Source: Yuukianura sp. NJ FZ-2021
Lineage: Eukaryota
Length of the DNA stretch: 64,000 nucleotides
Direction of reading: 5' to 3'
Assembly (NCBI GenBank): GCA_046563655.1
Contig: CM102290.1
Location: 8,246,001 to 8,310,000, forward strand
Position 1 is the first letter of the stretch; every line of letters begins with the position of its first letter. Under the pieces are notes generated by a model. That model was given only the letters and a program-made list of their open reading frames with translations, was not told where the DNA came from and made no database searches. A program made the translations under genes and the position numbers. Of this stretch, positions 14,050 through 28,200 are shown one piece after another.

Positions 14050-16847
14050 AGAGCTCTCCGCCATTTTTTTTCTGTTCCAAACAAATCGTACAAGTCGAAT
14101 TTGAATTTATTTGACCAGTAAACGCACTTTTTTTTAGAAAGTAGTACAGTTGAATAACCTCCAACAAGGAAATGCAGAAATGTGCTCCAGATAGGAAACG
14201 CAGACAATAAATATTTTAACACCACTACACTTCTCACAGTAAACAATAGAAAACGTTCCACTAACCCTAACCACTTCAGTACGCTTCCCACAATTCAAAA
14301 ACGTTCTAAAATTTTAGTTAAAAGAACTGGAGAGTAATTAGTTCCGCAAAAATGATTTAACTGATAGTGTTTCCTATTCTGCCGCATACAGAGATGATCT
14401 TCTTAAGTGACAATTATCAAAAAATTATCCACGATACGATGATGTGGAAACTTCTGGGGCCACAGGAGAGCTTATTAGATAAAAGACCATTTCGACAAGA
14501 CGTGAGTTGTGAAAGTAGAAACAGTGTATTTGCAACGTTGGTCAGACTACAACATATATGGATGATGAGACACACGCTAAAGATGAGGGCGAACCTTGAC
14601 CGAGAAGATATGAGATGCGAAGGTCACCCAAAGAGATGTCTGTTGCCTATTAATATTTATTTTAGTAAAGCCATTTCTACAACTGGCAAAAAGAAACTGC
14701 TTCTAATTCTGGTGCTAATGCAGAAGGAACAGAAATGAAAAAACTTAAAATTTAAGTTGCTTATTAGAACAACATTAAGCGAACTGCTCGCCAATACTAC
14801 ACATACTGAACACCTTTTTCCAAATTGAAGCAACAGAGGTCGAAATTAATTAAAAAGAGGCAATTCAAAAGTGACGATTTAAAAGAATTGTTGCGATTCA
14901 TTCATAGGACATAATTTGTACAATTTTAGAGATTCATTAGAGTAAGTGTTTGATAAAAGTAGCTCCCAGTATTAATCAGTAGTGTATAAATCATTGTTAA
15001 CTGATGAACTATTGAAGCCAGCAAACATTTGATTTGTAGTGAACAAAGAATGAGTCAACTATCAAAGAGCGTTATTATGCAGGAGTGCCATCTAACGACT
15101 GAAGCCAAACTATTTGGCACTTGCCATCCGCAACAACGCTCTACATTCCATCTTCCTCAGTCCGTTGACAACATACGGTATGTGCGAAAATACTGATAAC
15201 ACTGTTAACCTACAATAGGATTATATACACATATTATAACAGCATTGAATCAAAACAGTTGAAACGGACTAACATTGGCTAGAGCAGAAGTGGACAATTT
15301 GGGAAAAAATAACGAATTCCAAGTTGAATAATTACTACTAAATGGGTCGCGACTTGACTGGAAGTATTTTTTTTTAATTTTGAAAATTGAAATTTTCCCA
15401 TAAGGGCACATGTCGATTTTATCCTTTAATTTGTTAGTAGGTTAGGTTTTTTGAAGCTGGAAACAATGTTTCTATAACTTTTAGGTTAAGTTTGGTTAGT
15501 TTGCGAAATGTAGGATTTTATCTCTTAAAAAAATTGTATGTACGGGGAATTTCCCGATTCCAAAATTTTGAAAAGAATACTTCCAGTCGTGACTCTCTTG
15601 ACCCAAGTTATTTTTTTAGCTTTCCGTGATCAGCGCTCTTTGGCGTATTCTGGCAACAATTTTCATCAAAATCAGAAGAAGTACACAATAGTAAAATTTT
15701 CCAAAATTTTCAAAGCTTTTAATAATCAATGTTGCACTAAAAATTTGAGGGATTTTTAGTATCAAGGTTCCTCGAAAACTCAATTGTATTTCCTATAATA
15801 TGTTGTCCAATTACTCCTGGTTTTCAAAAATTGTTCTTCAAACAATTTTTTATACCAATTTTGCCACCAATTTTGTTTGTTCTTTTTTCCCCATTTTTTT
15901 CAAAGTTTGAATACTAAATCGCTTAGTAATTAAAAAAAGTGAAAAAAAAAAAGGCAAAAATTGCCTTAGACATAGGGGCGAAGTTCAACCGCTTTCATTT
16001 TTGAAAATTGAAAACCGGAGTTCTTGGACAACCTGGTGTAGAAAAAGTTGTTTTTTGTTAACGGACCTTGACTCAGTTTTGTATTTGTAGAAGAATTTTT
16101 TTTGAAAACCAATTTTTCAAATTATTTACTAACTAGAATACAAACAAACGTTCATCTGCCAAACGTAGGTTGAGTAATTGATAAAGTAGTGTTGATAATC
16201 AATTGTTTTAAATATCTTCGTTTTTCGGTACGTTTTTTTAAGAACAACGCCCTATTTTATTTCGGCATTCGATTATATTGCCTATACTAGGGTGTGTATA
16301 AAGCGAAATCTGTGGATGGCCCATCCAATGTTATTTTTCTTGTAAACGAAGCAGATGTATAACATATGATTCTATCCACAAAAGTTGCAGAGGTACAGAG
16401 TAAAGTTCATTCATTCATTTCGCTAACAAAGAATCCATAACAAGTCAACTTAAAACTCACTTTTTAATTAAATTTTAGTACTTTGAAGGTGATATATTTC
16501 GATTATTGAAAGTTAATTGGCTACGTCCTAACTGGGACCATCATCGTTGTAATAGAGACCAGTAGTCAAAGCACTTGTGTTGCCATATAAACACTGAACA
16601 GATTTCCAATCCAACAACGTGGCTCTTGTTTTTCATCTGTATCTCCAGCCTTAGCAAGGTGAGCTTAACAACAGGAAATCTCTTACGAATGGATTCTTGA
16701 TTACCATTGATTATGATCGTTAGACCTCAAAGTAGTTAGTTGGACTCTACAATTTCTTTTAGAAACTAACTGTAACGGAAACGAATAAAGGCAGTCCCGT
16801 TCGAGAGTGACCACAGTGCTAACTGAGTAGCCAACTGCAAGAACAAC

Positions 16848-19379
16848 ATGACTGTGTTTGAAGTGTTTGAAAAGAAGAAGGAGAGTACTGGAAAGAAAGA
16901 AACCTCGTCAAAAAACAGTGCTTCCGGAACCAGTAACAATGTCTCCAGTGGTCCTCTTCCAAACGTCATCCCACATCCAGACGGAGAAGTGACTGTGGCT
17001 GGAAGAGACTTACCCGAACCACACCCACATCTCCCAATCAGTTCTCATGTACAGGTAGGGATTTACTTTTAATCAATAACTGTACTGGTTTGTTGGTTAT
17101 TATATATGTTGCTAGTGTTCGTATTACATAATTCGGAATATCGATCGATGAATACCTTGTGTAATGAGGACTGTCTGTGGTATCAGTATATTCGCAAAGA
17201 GGAGGGACCTCACGGGCTAACTACTTCAATTTGATTTCAAACGTAAAGTTTAACGTAAGTTTGTCTTGTAGTCGGACGATAGTGCGCTTCGTGGCAATGG
17301 AACACTTCCGGGCGGGTCACATTGGTCGCATACCCAAAACTTGACATTGGTACACCCAAGTAACTCCGAAATTCGGCATGGCCAATCTCATTATGATTAT
17401 CACAAGGAACCTAGCGGAGGCCTTGGAAAAAGGCGTCGTCGATTATCACCTGTTAGGTGAGTTGTACGCGTCTTTTTTTTATGGAGAAGACTGATTTCTG
17501 AAGGTCAGGTTAGGCTTAGTAGCAAGAAATGACTTAATAATTCATTTTAATCACAGGAATACACGAACAAAGCTCAGCAGAGTGGATCGAGATCGTTCAA
17601 GTACTTCGTCTCCCAATACGTGTACTGCAGTCAGTTCAGTATACTCTATTCCATCTCCAACGATTGTTGAGTCGAAGGCTACTGCAGTTCTTTCGAGTTT
17701 GCCAATGGTTCCAAGTCCTGAGGGAAATGTCGTGAATTCAGAGGATGAATATGAGAATAAACCAACTGCACAATTAACTGAAGAAGAATGGATTGAGGTA
17801 GGAATCTTTAGTTTATGTTATGTACATAATACATAATACTATCTATGTATTGACGAGTGTATGTACAAAGTATAACTGTGTTTTTCTTTCAGCGAGAACG
17901 TCGATTCGACAAAAAGCTACGGAAAAAAGGACTTCGCATTAAGGAAATGGGAGAGGATGGAGCGTGTCTCTTTCGCGCAGTTGCTGATCAAGTATACGGA
18001 GATCAAGAAATGCACGACGTAGTTAGAAAACAATGCATGGATTATATTGTAAGTTATCTTGTTTGGAATCGAATTGTTTTTAAAATGCCTACCCTATTTC
18101 TTAACTGCAAGACTAATTGATTTTTCCTTTTTTAGGCTGCTAATCGTGATTACTACTCTCCATATGTAACGGAAGACTTTAAGCATTACGTGAACCGTAA
18201 GCGGCATGATAATTGTCACGGGAATCACATAGAGATTCAAGCAATGTGTGAAATGTACAATCGCACAATTGAAGTATTCTGCTATAGCACGGGTAAGTGT
18301 CTTCTAGAGTTACGTTAAAAAGGAAAGTTTCAAGTAGAAATATGTAGCTATAATTTATTTTATTTAAACTAGAACCCATCAATGCGTTCCATGGTGTTCA
18401 CCAAACCGACAATGCACCGATACGCCTCTCATATCACCGAGGAATTCACTATAACAGTGTCGTAGACCCCTACAAAGCTACTATTGGAGTTGGATTGGGT
18501 CTCCCTGGAAATCATCCTGGAATGGCCGACAAAAATATGCTGTCAGAAGCAGTTCGTCAGAACGAAGACATTCAAATTGAACAAGTATGTATCTGTAGTT
18601 ACATAAATGAAACCTTTAAAAATCATGTCTTCCGACCGGTCTTTCTTAGGCAATGCTGGAGGACAAGTTACTTGCTACTGATTGGGAAGCTACAAACGAG
18701 GCAATCGAGGAACAGGTATCAAGGGAGAGTTACTTGCAATGGTTGAAGGACAACGAGCGGCGAAACCGATCATCCGTAAGTACTGGCTATTGATTTTTTT
18801 TAAAGAACGTTACTAAAATCTTGTGTCTAACCTACTTTGCTCTAGATTTCTGCTATGGCTTCCAGTTCAACTTCTACTGTAACCTGTTCTTCTACTTCTG
18901 AGATTCGTCCTCCCCGAGCAAGGTCACACGGTAGCGGCAACTTATCTCCACTTGGGTCTCCGTACCGTAGCGATGCTCGTAATTCACCTTCTCGTCACTC
19001 CCCTCCGCCTTCCGTTGCTGGTCCAAGCAAAATGGCGAGCCCTAATCCACATTCTTCCTCTACTCTCCTCAATAACGGAATGTCACCACCGGAACACAAC
19101 AGTGCACTGGCATTCCAATTCATGGATCCGGAGAATTATGAACTTCCAACCTCCGATTTTGGTAATTTCAAAAGAAAAAATATCTAAACATTGCTTATCG
19201 AAACCGTTATAATTTCCATAGATCTGAACGAGTGGGATGATGCTGGTATTCTCGCTCAAGTTCTAGCGGCTTCCCAGCAAGAATATTTCGATAGTTTGAA
19301 GAGATCTCGGGAAATTAATAGCTCCAACGGCAACAGTTCTGCTACAGGTTGTCACCCGATTATTGAACACCAAGATTAA
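16848..19379 (+). CDS. OTUD5: OTU-domain deubiquitinase OTUD5/DUBA. Exons approx. 16848-17054, 17272-17456, 17557-17797, 17893-18048, 18136-18292, 18373-18585, 18650-18775, 18847-19161, 19222-19379.
   Basis: Contains the NSEDEYE phospho-activation motif, catalytic Cys box [31 protein letters not shown] and His box [12 protein letters not shown]. It also has [30 protein letters not shown] and a C-terminal [22 protein letters not shown] lies near 19956. Confidence 0.95.
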
Positions 19380-22300
19380 CGAGACTGCAAAGGTCACGCA
19401 CCCATTTGGTTTGAGTGATAGAACGAATTTTCGAAACCAGTCATGTTTAGTAGTTATCAATTGCGTCCCATTCTCTGTTGCAGTCGCAGTGGATTACTTT
19501 ATTTAACGTATACTCGCGCGTAGACACAATCTTTCGTTTTACATTGACGCTGATCGCTTAGTTAACTAACTTAGTTTGACGTTTGAACAAAATTTTTTTT
19601 TCTTGCTTGGTAGTTACGTGGCAATGGCATAAGTCCATTGCTTTATTGACTCATGAAATTGAACCCAAGGAAAGTTTACTGCAGTTAGTAGCTCATACCT
19701 CACTAGTTTTTTTTTAATTCCAAAATTAAAAGGAACCACACTTTTCCTTGGTGTTTGCGTTTATAATTTTTCATTGCGTTGTTGTTTTTCTCCTGTTTTG
19801 CTTTTCCAATGCTTGTAAAGTTCTAAGGACGTTCGCAAAAAACATTGGATGCATGAAGCTAAGCCTTGGTTTGAAACGAGGCGGTAGCAATGGCTTTCTG
19901 CAAAACTTGAAACCCAAAAAATCACTATGCATCTCCTCTCTATTGTTCAAACAATAATAAACGTTTGTAGTAACACCTTTACTAAATTGGGAAGCTTACA
20001 ATAATTATACATAAGTAGCCTAAGGTGTGATTTAGCTTAAAAATTGTAATTGACTTCTCCTGCTTGACTTCGAACAGATCAAATAAAGTTCGGATTTACT
20101 TTGACTTCTCTGGAAATGAAAACCGAAGCGATGGTTTAATTTTTTTTTGTGCTAAATTAGAACAAAATTACAAAAAACTGCGCATAAGTTGACCATATTA
20201 TTTGTGAGAGAAAGTGCGTCAGGTTGCCGGTCGATACAAACACGCCAAATGAAAAATACCTAAAAACAATATTGACAACAGTTCCCGACGTTCCCGACGC
20301 CTGCGTGTTCTCAGTCCCCCGATTCTTAAAAAAAACTGTTTTTAGGTTAATCGTTCCTGCTTCAAAAGTGTCATGATGTTGTAGACACAGTTGCTTAACA
20401 GAGTTGCAAAATGTCAAAATTTTCGTAAATTAATTACTGACCAAAATACAGCATACTCCGTTTCTACAAAGATAGAAGTTGTGGATAAAATTGTATCTGG
20501 GTGTCATGATGAAACTCTGACAGGTTGAACATCCTGATTGAGATCTTCAAGCACGGAAAAATTAATTTAATGAACTTATTTTAGAACTTCTGCCTGTGAC
20601 TTGTTCCTCAAAAAGACGTTTGGGGCAAGTTCAGGGGTGGAAATGGGACAGAAGTGACACTCTCTAAGGCGCCTGCGTATAAATCAATTTTTACCTTGTT
20701 ACTCTTAAGTGTTACACAGTTATACAAACCTGCTAGAAAAAAACGTGTTCCTTTTTAGCAGTGATGGATCACAAGGAACTTATTAGTTGTGAGCGTCACG
20801 GTCATGGAAATAGTTCCCGCATTCCGAGGATCAAGATGGACGGTTTAGTACGCCAACTAACACGAAACGGTCCAAATACGCTTTCACGGGCCGTGATATG
20901 CGACAACGTTTGACGTTTAGCAACAAAAAAAAATCAAGTTTTCCATTTTGAGACCAAATTTGCACAAAAAAAATCTGCCACTTTTTTTTAACACATTTAC
21001 CATTTATGTATGTTTGTCCTTTTTGAGAAGGCGCTTCTTTTTCGCTGTTTTTTTTGCTGCAATTTTTACTTATGGAAAACTTTAGCATTTCAAAAACACT
21101 TTCTCCATTACGTTTATAAAAATTTCAACAAATTTACAATTTGTATGTTAGCAGTAGTATGAAAATTTTTTCACATTTGAAAATCGCCTTCTAGAAAGTG
21201 ACAAATTCTATTAATCGGCACCTTTTGAGTTGATTCCGATTGATCTTTTGAAACTTTTCTCAGAAACGGAAAAACCAACTTTTGAAATGTCAGTGAAAGT
21301 TGAAAATTTTAGCTTTTAATTTTTGGTCTTAGTTGAAGATCAACAGGTCCTTAGAGTGCCAGACGCACCAAACAAAATGTTACAAAAGTACCCAAAAACG
21401 AGAATTTTTTATGTTTACCAGAAGCTGAAAATCGGTGCGTGTCAAACTAACTACCAAATTGATCGATTGGTAAAATTCCAACTTTTTCGTTAACAAAATT
21501 GCTTAACAGAGGTTCATGCTGATTTGTATTGACCCATACTCATACCTGTCTTCTTTCAAAGTTGACTTCCTGACAGATTCTCACTTAAATCAAGTGAAAG
21601 TACATTTTTTTTAAATCATAAAACGGACGACACGCAGAGCGGCAACTTTTTAACGCCAAAGTAAAAGTGATAATTCCACTTCACCTTGACTCACGTAGTT
21701 GAACACTCTCTCAAAATATATGTAAATTGGATTGAGTCATGCGAAACAGAGTAATTGAGTTAAATTTGAGTAATTGTTGTACTAATAATTTAAGAACAAT
21801 TTTAGAACAGAAATTTTTTAATAAATGACACGCTCACGTTGTGTTTCCTTTTGACATGGAATGACTAAATTTTTTTTACTTTCTACTTTCGTTTGTTATT
21901 GACCTTTGCGTTAACTTAATTTGAATTTCCCTTGCATTTTTTAACTTTCAATTATTATAAGCATTTTGTTTAGCTTTCTCCAGTAACAGTCTTTTTAAAA
22001 GTACGGCGAAGAAAATTTCTTTTATTCACCAGTTATGAAGATGGCGGAAATTCAAGGCCTATTTTTTTGCACAGATTTTTTAAGCCACGAGATTTGATCT
22101 CGAGCTAAGGATTTACGCAACTCCCAAAAAATGGAACTTGAATTCGTGTCAATTTTCCTAGGGATAAGTTTTCTCCGTACTTTTTTTTGAAATAATCATG
22201 TTCCTCATCTCCATTTTAATTTTCATACTTGAGAACGTTTAGCACCACTTTCCAAAACTACTCTTCACAACGGAGGAGGATGACCAAGACCTTTTTCTAG

Positions 22301-25294
22301 GGGTCGAGGAAGTGTGTGGTTCTTACAACACGTTTTTGAAGAAAACGACAATTGCCACCCATAAGTGATATGTCTACACAGTAAATACAATACGACGGTT
22401 TTCTTTTACTTGAGTTCTGACATCAGAAGGATCCAAGAGGCCTAAGGTGGGGGGTTACCGTGGCATGTCAACACAGTATTCCTAATTTATTCCAAGATCA
22501 CATTTTAATTTGTACACCGAATTGCTAAAAAACCCGAGGATCCTCACACAAGTCCGTCATTCATCACTCGTGTATCCTTCTTACAACAAGTGCTCTTCTA
22601 ATTCCTCAAAACTTTTTTAAAGTTTTTGTTTTACTAAAGTGCGCCTGCAGTGTTTTTATCTTATATTTGTTTAGATTTTAAAAATCTGAACAGCTATAAA
22701 AATAATAGTGACGCTTCGTGGTTTTTGCGGGGAACGCTTTATTGCCTCATCAGTTTTACAAAAAACGGACTAGGCGGCCCTTGACAAAAGAAACAGTAAG
22801 TCAAAATTATATAGTTTTATTCAATGTTTACACATAATGGGAAGTTTGAAGTTATGAAATTTCCTTTTCCTTGGGTTAGGTTCAGAGATGCTCCAAAGTT
22901 AGGTTGGTATGATGATAGTAATTTGGGGCACGAGAATAGGTCTAGTAATGGCCAAGTTGACACATCTCGAAATGAGTCAAATGTCAAGTGACCGAGACAC
23001 TTTTGCAGTAATCCGGACCACATCACCCGTTGTAGGGAAATTGTTGTGATCAGAAGGTGTAGGCCCCTCTTCCCATTATCACTTCATCACTCCAAACCTC
23101 ATCAGCCCAAGTGCCACGCACTTGGGATGAACCATTTCCCGTTAAAAACTGCTCCAATTAAGACATTTAGGTTGACTAAGGTAATAGTGACACACTGCCA
23201 TTCACTATTTTTAGGAAAAATATTTAAGTCCAACCATAAACTCGAAAAAGTTTTCGAATTTAGACATCACGAAGTTTTTGAACTTGGAAACTAAGATTTC
23301 TTGAAGCAATTTTGGAAACACGAAAACTCTGCAAATTTATTTATTTATTTTTTTTTTGAAAAATTGAATGAAAGTGGTTTGTCGAGAGAGAAAACTTTGA
23401 AGAGCGGTTTAACTAACTTTTACTGGCTAAAATTTCATCCAATTGTTCCAAATGAGTATTCATTTTGTTAATTAGTAGCATTCATTAATAGTATTAATTA
23501 ATTAACTTAATACCCAATTCGACCCCGACGAGTAATTGGGTAGTACCATTCAACCGAAAGTTAAGAAAAAACCGGCTTTGCACAAACAATTTTTATTACA
23601 CTACTTAAATAAAAAAAACTATCAATAAGTGTAGTGAATATGAATAGTGTTCCTAATTATTACAAGTTTACTCCAAACAAAGGCTCAAAGAATCTCATTT
23701 GCAAAAAAATGAAATCGAATTTTATTTTTAACATAAAGTCAAATTTCATTTCTAAAATGAAGTTTTACACACCAATTTCCCTCACACTTAGCAGTATTAA
23801 TAGGTAATCAATTAGCATATAAATGTGCAGCAACTACTATTTTTTAAAATAAAGTTGCTGCTTTATTACTGCTACATTACTTTACTGTAACGATGCTTCC
23901 AGAGAATTGTTTCTTAACAAGTTACGTTCAAATATAACTTAAAAGTGCCTGTCAAACGCATTCAATTAACTATCAACAAAAATTACTGCTGTACACCATG
24001 TTCCTTCCAAACTTTACTTATTGTAGTTTCTCTCTATGTTCGATGGAAGATGTGTTAAACCTAACCTAAAATAAATTTTTTGAGCCTATATAAGAACCTG
24101 ATTAATACCGTTCGACAAGTGAAAACTAGTTGTACAACTTGTGAGTAATATTGGTACATAGAAAGAGTGAAACTGATACTGAAAATCAATTAACAAAGTA
24201 GGAGCAACGATGAAGTATTTCACATTTTTAAAAAAGTATGGGACAAGTTAACTTATGTTCAGCGCATGTTAATTTTAGCCAAATGCAGCTACATAGAGAA
24301 AGTCAAGTGAAAGTGAAAATTACTCTTCTAAGGTTTTCTAGCGGCTCACACTTCCGTATAATATTTCAAAAAAATTGTTGATGTCCAAAATTTTTAATTT
24401 CATTTTCAAAACGAAAAATGTTTTTAGCCGCAATGTTTTTGGACTTAAATCCTTGTATACGTCATATGGAAACTGAGACTTTGGTTTTTATAAACAGGAG
24501 GAATTTTTTTTTTTTTCAGCCACACCAAAAACTCTCATGTTCTACACCCATTCGTCCCCTGTTTGCTAAACTAACTTTTTTTTTTTGAATTATGAACTTT
24601 ATTGTTGCTTGCAATGTCGTTTTGCTGGTGATTTAGAATTAAGAGCTCATCCGTGTTACATTTGTTGTCTGCTTCCAAATTCCTTTTTTATTCCCTCATC
24701 TTCTTCTTGTTTTTAAGGGAATGAGACTCAGGGAGAGTTTTGCAAGTGCAACCAGAACCTCACAGTAGTGACCTGACATTTAAGCAAACAACACTTAAAG
24801 AACGTGGTGCAACAAAAATTAAGTTTTTTTTTAGAGTAAAGTGCAAATAAAGTGAAATTAATTAAGAGAAAAAGTAAATCGTATCAAACATTTTTTGTAA
24901 AAGTTTACAGAAACATGAACTTTCATGAGGAAAATGTGTGAAGTGAATCGGAGTTGATTTTAGACTGAGGTCATGGGAGAAAAGAGTTTTAATGTAGTTT
25001 GTGCGTTAGAAATTTTTAAAAACCGTTTATTGTACTAATTCGATTTAATATTTTGAAATATCACTTTTTGGTTTAACAATTAATTGATTTGTTTTTCTCA
25101 GGTGTAGTTCCAGTTTTCAAAGATTTTGAAGATTGTCAAAAATTTCAAATCCGAATTTCAAAATTGTCGACTTTCTGAATCTACTGATATGAACTAGAAG
25201 TGAAAGGCAACGAAAATTTTTCAAACCAAATTCCTCTACCGAAGGAGAGTCTAATAAGGAATAAATATACGTTTTGTTAAACATATCCTTCAAA

Positions 25295-28200
25295 ATGCAT
25301 CGACGCTTCGACCTCTATCAATTTTCTCTTGCGCTGTACTGCATCATCGTACTCACGAGTTCATGCATGGGAGTCGGTATGAAACAGCGACATGCGACAT
25401 ACCGCAAGCGCCACATTCCAACATCCGTGAAGCTTACACCAAACTTCCTAACTTGTGGCCTACAGTGCTCCAACGTCATCACGTCTGAGTCAACTGAAAC
25501 ACCAACTCCAATGACAACTGATCTTCCTGACCTACTGTTTACCGAAGAAGATTCACTTGTGACCACTGAAATATCCATGACCACAACAATTCCTACAACT
25601 TTGACTGATCCAATTCCATCTCCGCCTCCAAGAGACTCAAGATCCCTCGTCACATCAACCGGCATGGAAATTACGCCTGGTCGACTCCAATTTGAAGAAC
25701 TCACAAAATTAATTAAACAAAAACGGCGTCAATGTGGCAAGAGTTTTGAAAACAACATTTCAGCTGAACTAGATCAAAAATCTAGACCGACTAACTTTAC
25801 TTGTGAAAAATTGAAACTATCCTCCTGGCTTATGGATCAACTGGAGAAGGAAACGACAGAGGTTCTCAGTTCCTATGTTCAACTAATTCGGAATCAAAAC
25901 GACACAATCTTTGGAGACGAAATGGAACTACTACCGGACAGTCGTACAGAACGATTTGTATTTGATTTAATTTCAACGTTTGGTGAACCAGTAGACAAAC
26001 TCCTATTCTACCAATTCAAAAAGTACACAAAATCTAGAAGTGTACAAGTCAGTGTTCCACATGTTGTAACGATTCAACTGGAACCAAGGACACATCCTGA
26101 AGTGGTCACTGGCAGAACACTGTTCGACCCCGGATTTAACATGAAACTCAAGTTTCCATTCTTCCATGACGAGCTGAGTAAGTTTCAATGAAAAATATGT
26201 TGGTTAATTTAAAATTTGCAGATTTTATTTATTTATAAAAAGTAGTTTTTGGAGTAATTTTGAGATTCTAAACAATGAGCCACTTAATTTTAGTGTAACA
26301 CAGCCCTAGGCCTCAAATTTTTATTTCACTAGTCCTCGGTGCGTAGTTCGTTTTACGAAATGCATCACATCATCTCATCACCTGGATTTCCCTCAAGTTC
26401 AAACTGCTTGACTTCTCTTGTGCAAAAATTCTTCCCCAATTCCGCACAGATTTCATCCATGCTTCTTCGTGTTTTTTATTTTATTTATTATCATGTGAGG
26501 CTTAAACGTTACATCTTTTCCTTAGATTTGAGTCATCTTTTTATCAAAGATTCAAGATTAGGTGAAGGCTTTAAGGAAAAAATTGCGTTGAGGCTTAAAG
26601 TATTAAACTCCTTTGTAAAAATACAACAACATCTTTGACACACATAAACGTTATGCCTTAAAACATTTTTTCTTTGAATTTGATTTAAAATGGTTGCGGA
26701 GCTAAAAAAAACTTTCATTAAAAGAATCAATTGTCAAATGTTTGACCCAATCTGTTTAGAAAAAAAAAGTTTGGTTTTGCATTTGAATATGCCGATCTCA
26801 CTTTTCTTTTTACAAGTTAACCTGTATGAGCCTAATAGAAATGCAGTTTGTTACAGCTTCAGGAGAATTGGTTTCACTTTCAAACAGGATTATAACATAA
26901 AGGTTTGTACATTGTCAATGAAAAAGTCGTTTGTCTTATTAGGCGATTGCTTCTTTGCACTACCATATTAATTTTGTGTCGTACAGAGGATGAGTCCTAC
27001 GTAAAAAGAATGCATAAAATGAACAGAAAGAAGTTCTTTTATTCATCTTCATGTCACATTTTCTGAAATCTCCTTGTTGAACTTGTAGCCCTTCCACCCT
27101 TGATTTCACATTTTCCAATTTCAAGATTCATAATTCTTTTTCTCTCTAATTCCCTTAAATGTGCAATTGGTTTGAGTACATATTTCCATAATTTTAATAT
27201 AAACTTATAAATTAAATAGAAATATTAATTTTTTATGTCTCGCAAAATGTCAGATACAATTTTTCTATTTGTCCGACAAATGTTGACAACCTAAATACAA
27301 TTTTTACTTTGCTTTGAAATGGTAAAATTTGGGATAGGCCATTTATACATGCCTGAAATTTTTGAATTAATTAAAATGAAGTGCAGTTTACAAATGGACA
27401 ACGTATGGAAATGCAGTTTCTAAGTGTCTGCAATTTGAATTAATTTGATTCTGTCAAAATGTCACTTGTCATCCGTAAGTGAAAAAGCGCAAGAAAACTG
27501 CACTTTACTACTTTTCACTTGTCTACATTTCATTCCAATTGCTAGGGTGTGCTAATTGTATACATTATTTGAAAGCACTGCTTTTGACCATAAATTAATT
27601 CAATTTTGTTACAAATAGACTCATTTACATTTCTTGTTGGAAATTACTTTTTTGGCAAAGGGTTTGACCTTGCAAGTGACATAAATGGATTTCACTTTAA
27701 TTTATCTTCGAGTTGTTCAGACGTGATCTTGCATCCTGCATTTTTGGCAAATTAATAACTGAAATTTCCGTAAATGTTTCGCGTTAAATTAATCGTCATC
27801 ATGGTAAAAGTTGCAACCAAGCAGCATTGTTAGCAAAAACAATTTCAATTCTTGTCATGAAATTTGAACTCGTTCCAAAATAAAATCTCACCACAGTCTA
27901 GAAAAATTTGAACTGGGGATGGAGCTTCAAACTCAAAATTTAAAAATTTCAGTTCAAATTGTTGGAGTAATGGCAAAAATGCTGGCCCCATGAAAAACGC
28001 ATCATCTTATTGTTCTTTTGTTTAAAAAAAATGTAAAGCAGTCATACGGTATTTTTTTTGCGCAAAAAAAAGGGAAATATTTGAAATAACAAGAAAATGG
28101 GACACGCAAAAAATAATTAAAAGCTTACAAAGTCATACAGCATGGGAAATTGAGGGAAGGCTAACCAAAATTTTTTCCGGAAGGGGTTTGTTTGAGTAAT

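Noticed and set aside
25318..25704. 128-aa antisense ORF
   Set aside because: It is the shadow of the Thr/Pro-rich coding exon on the plus strand.
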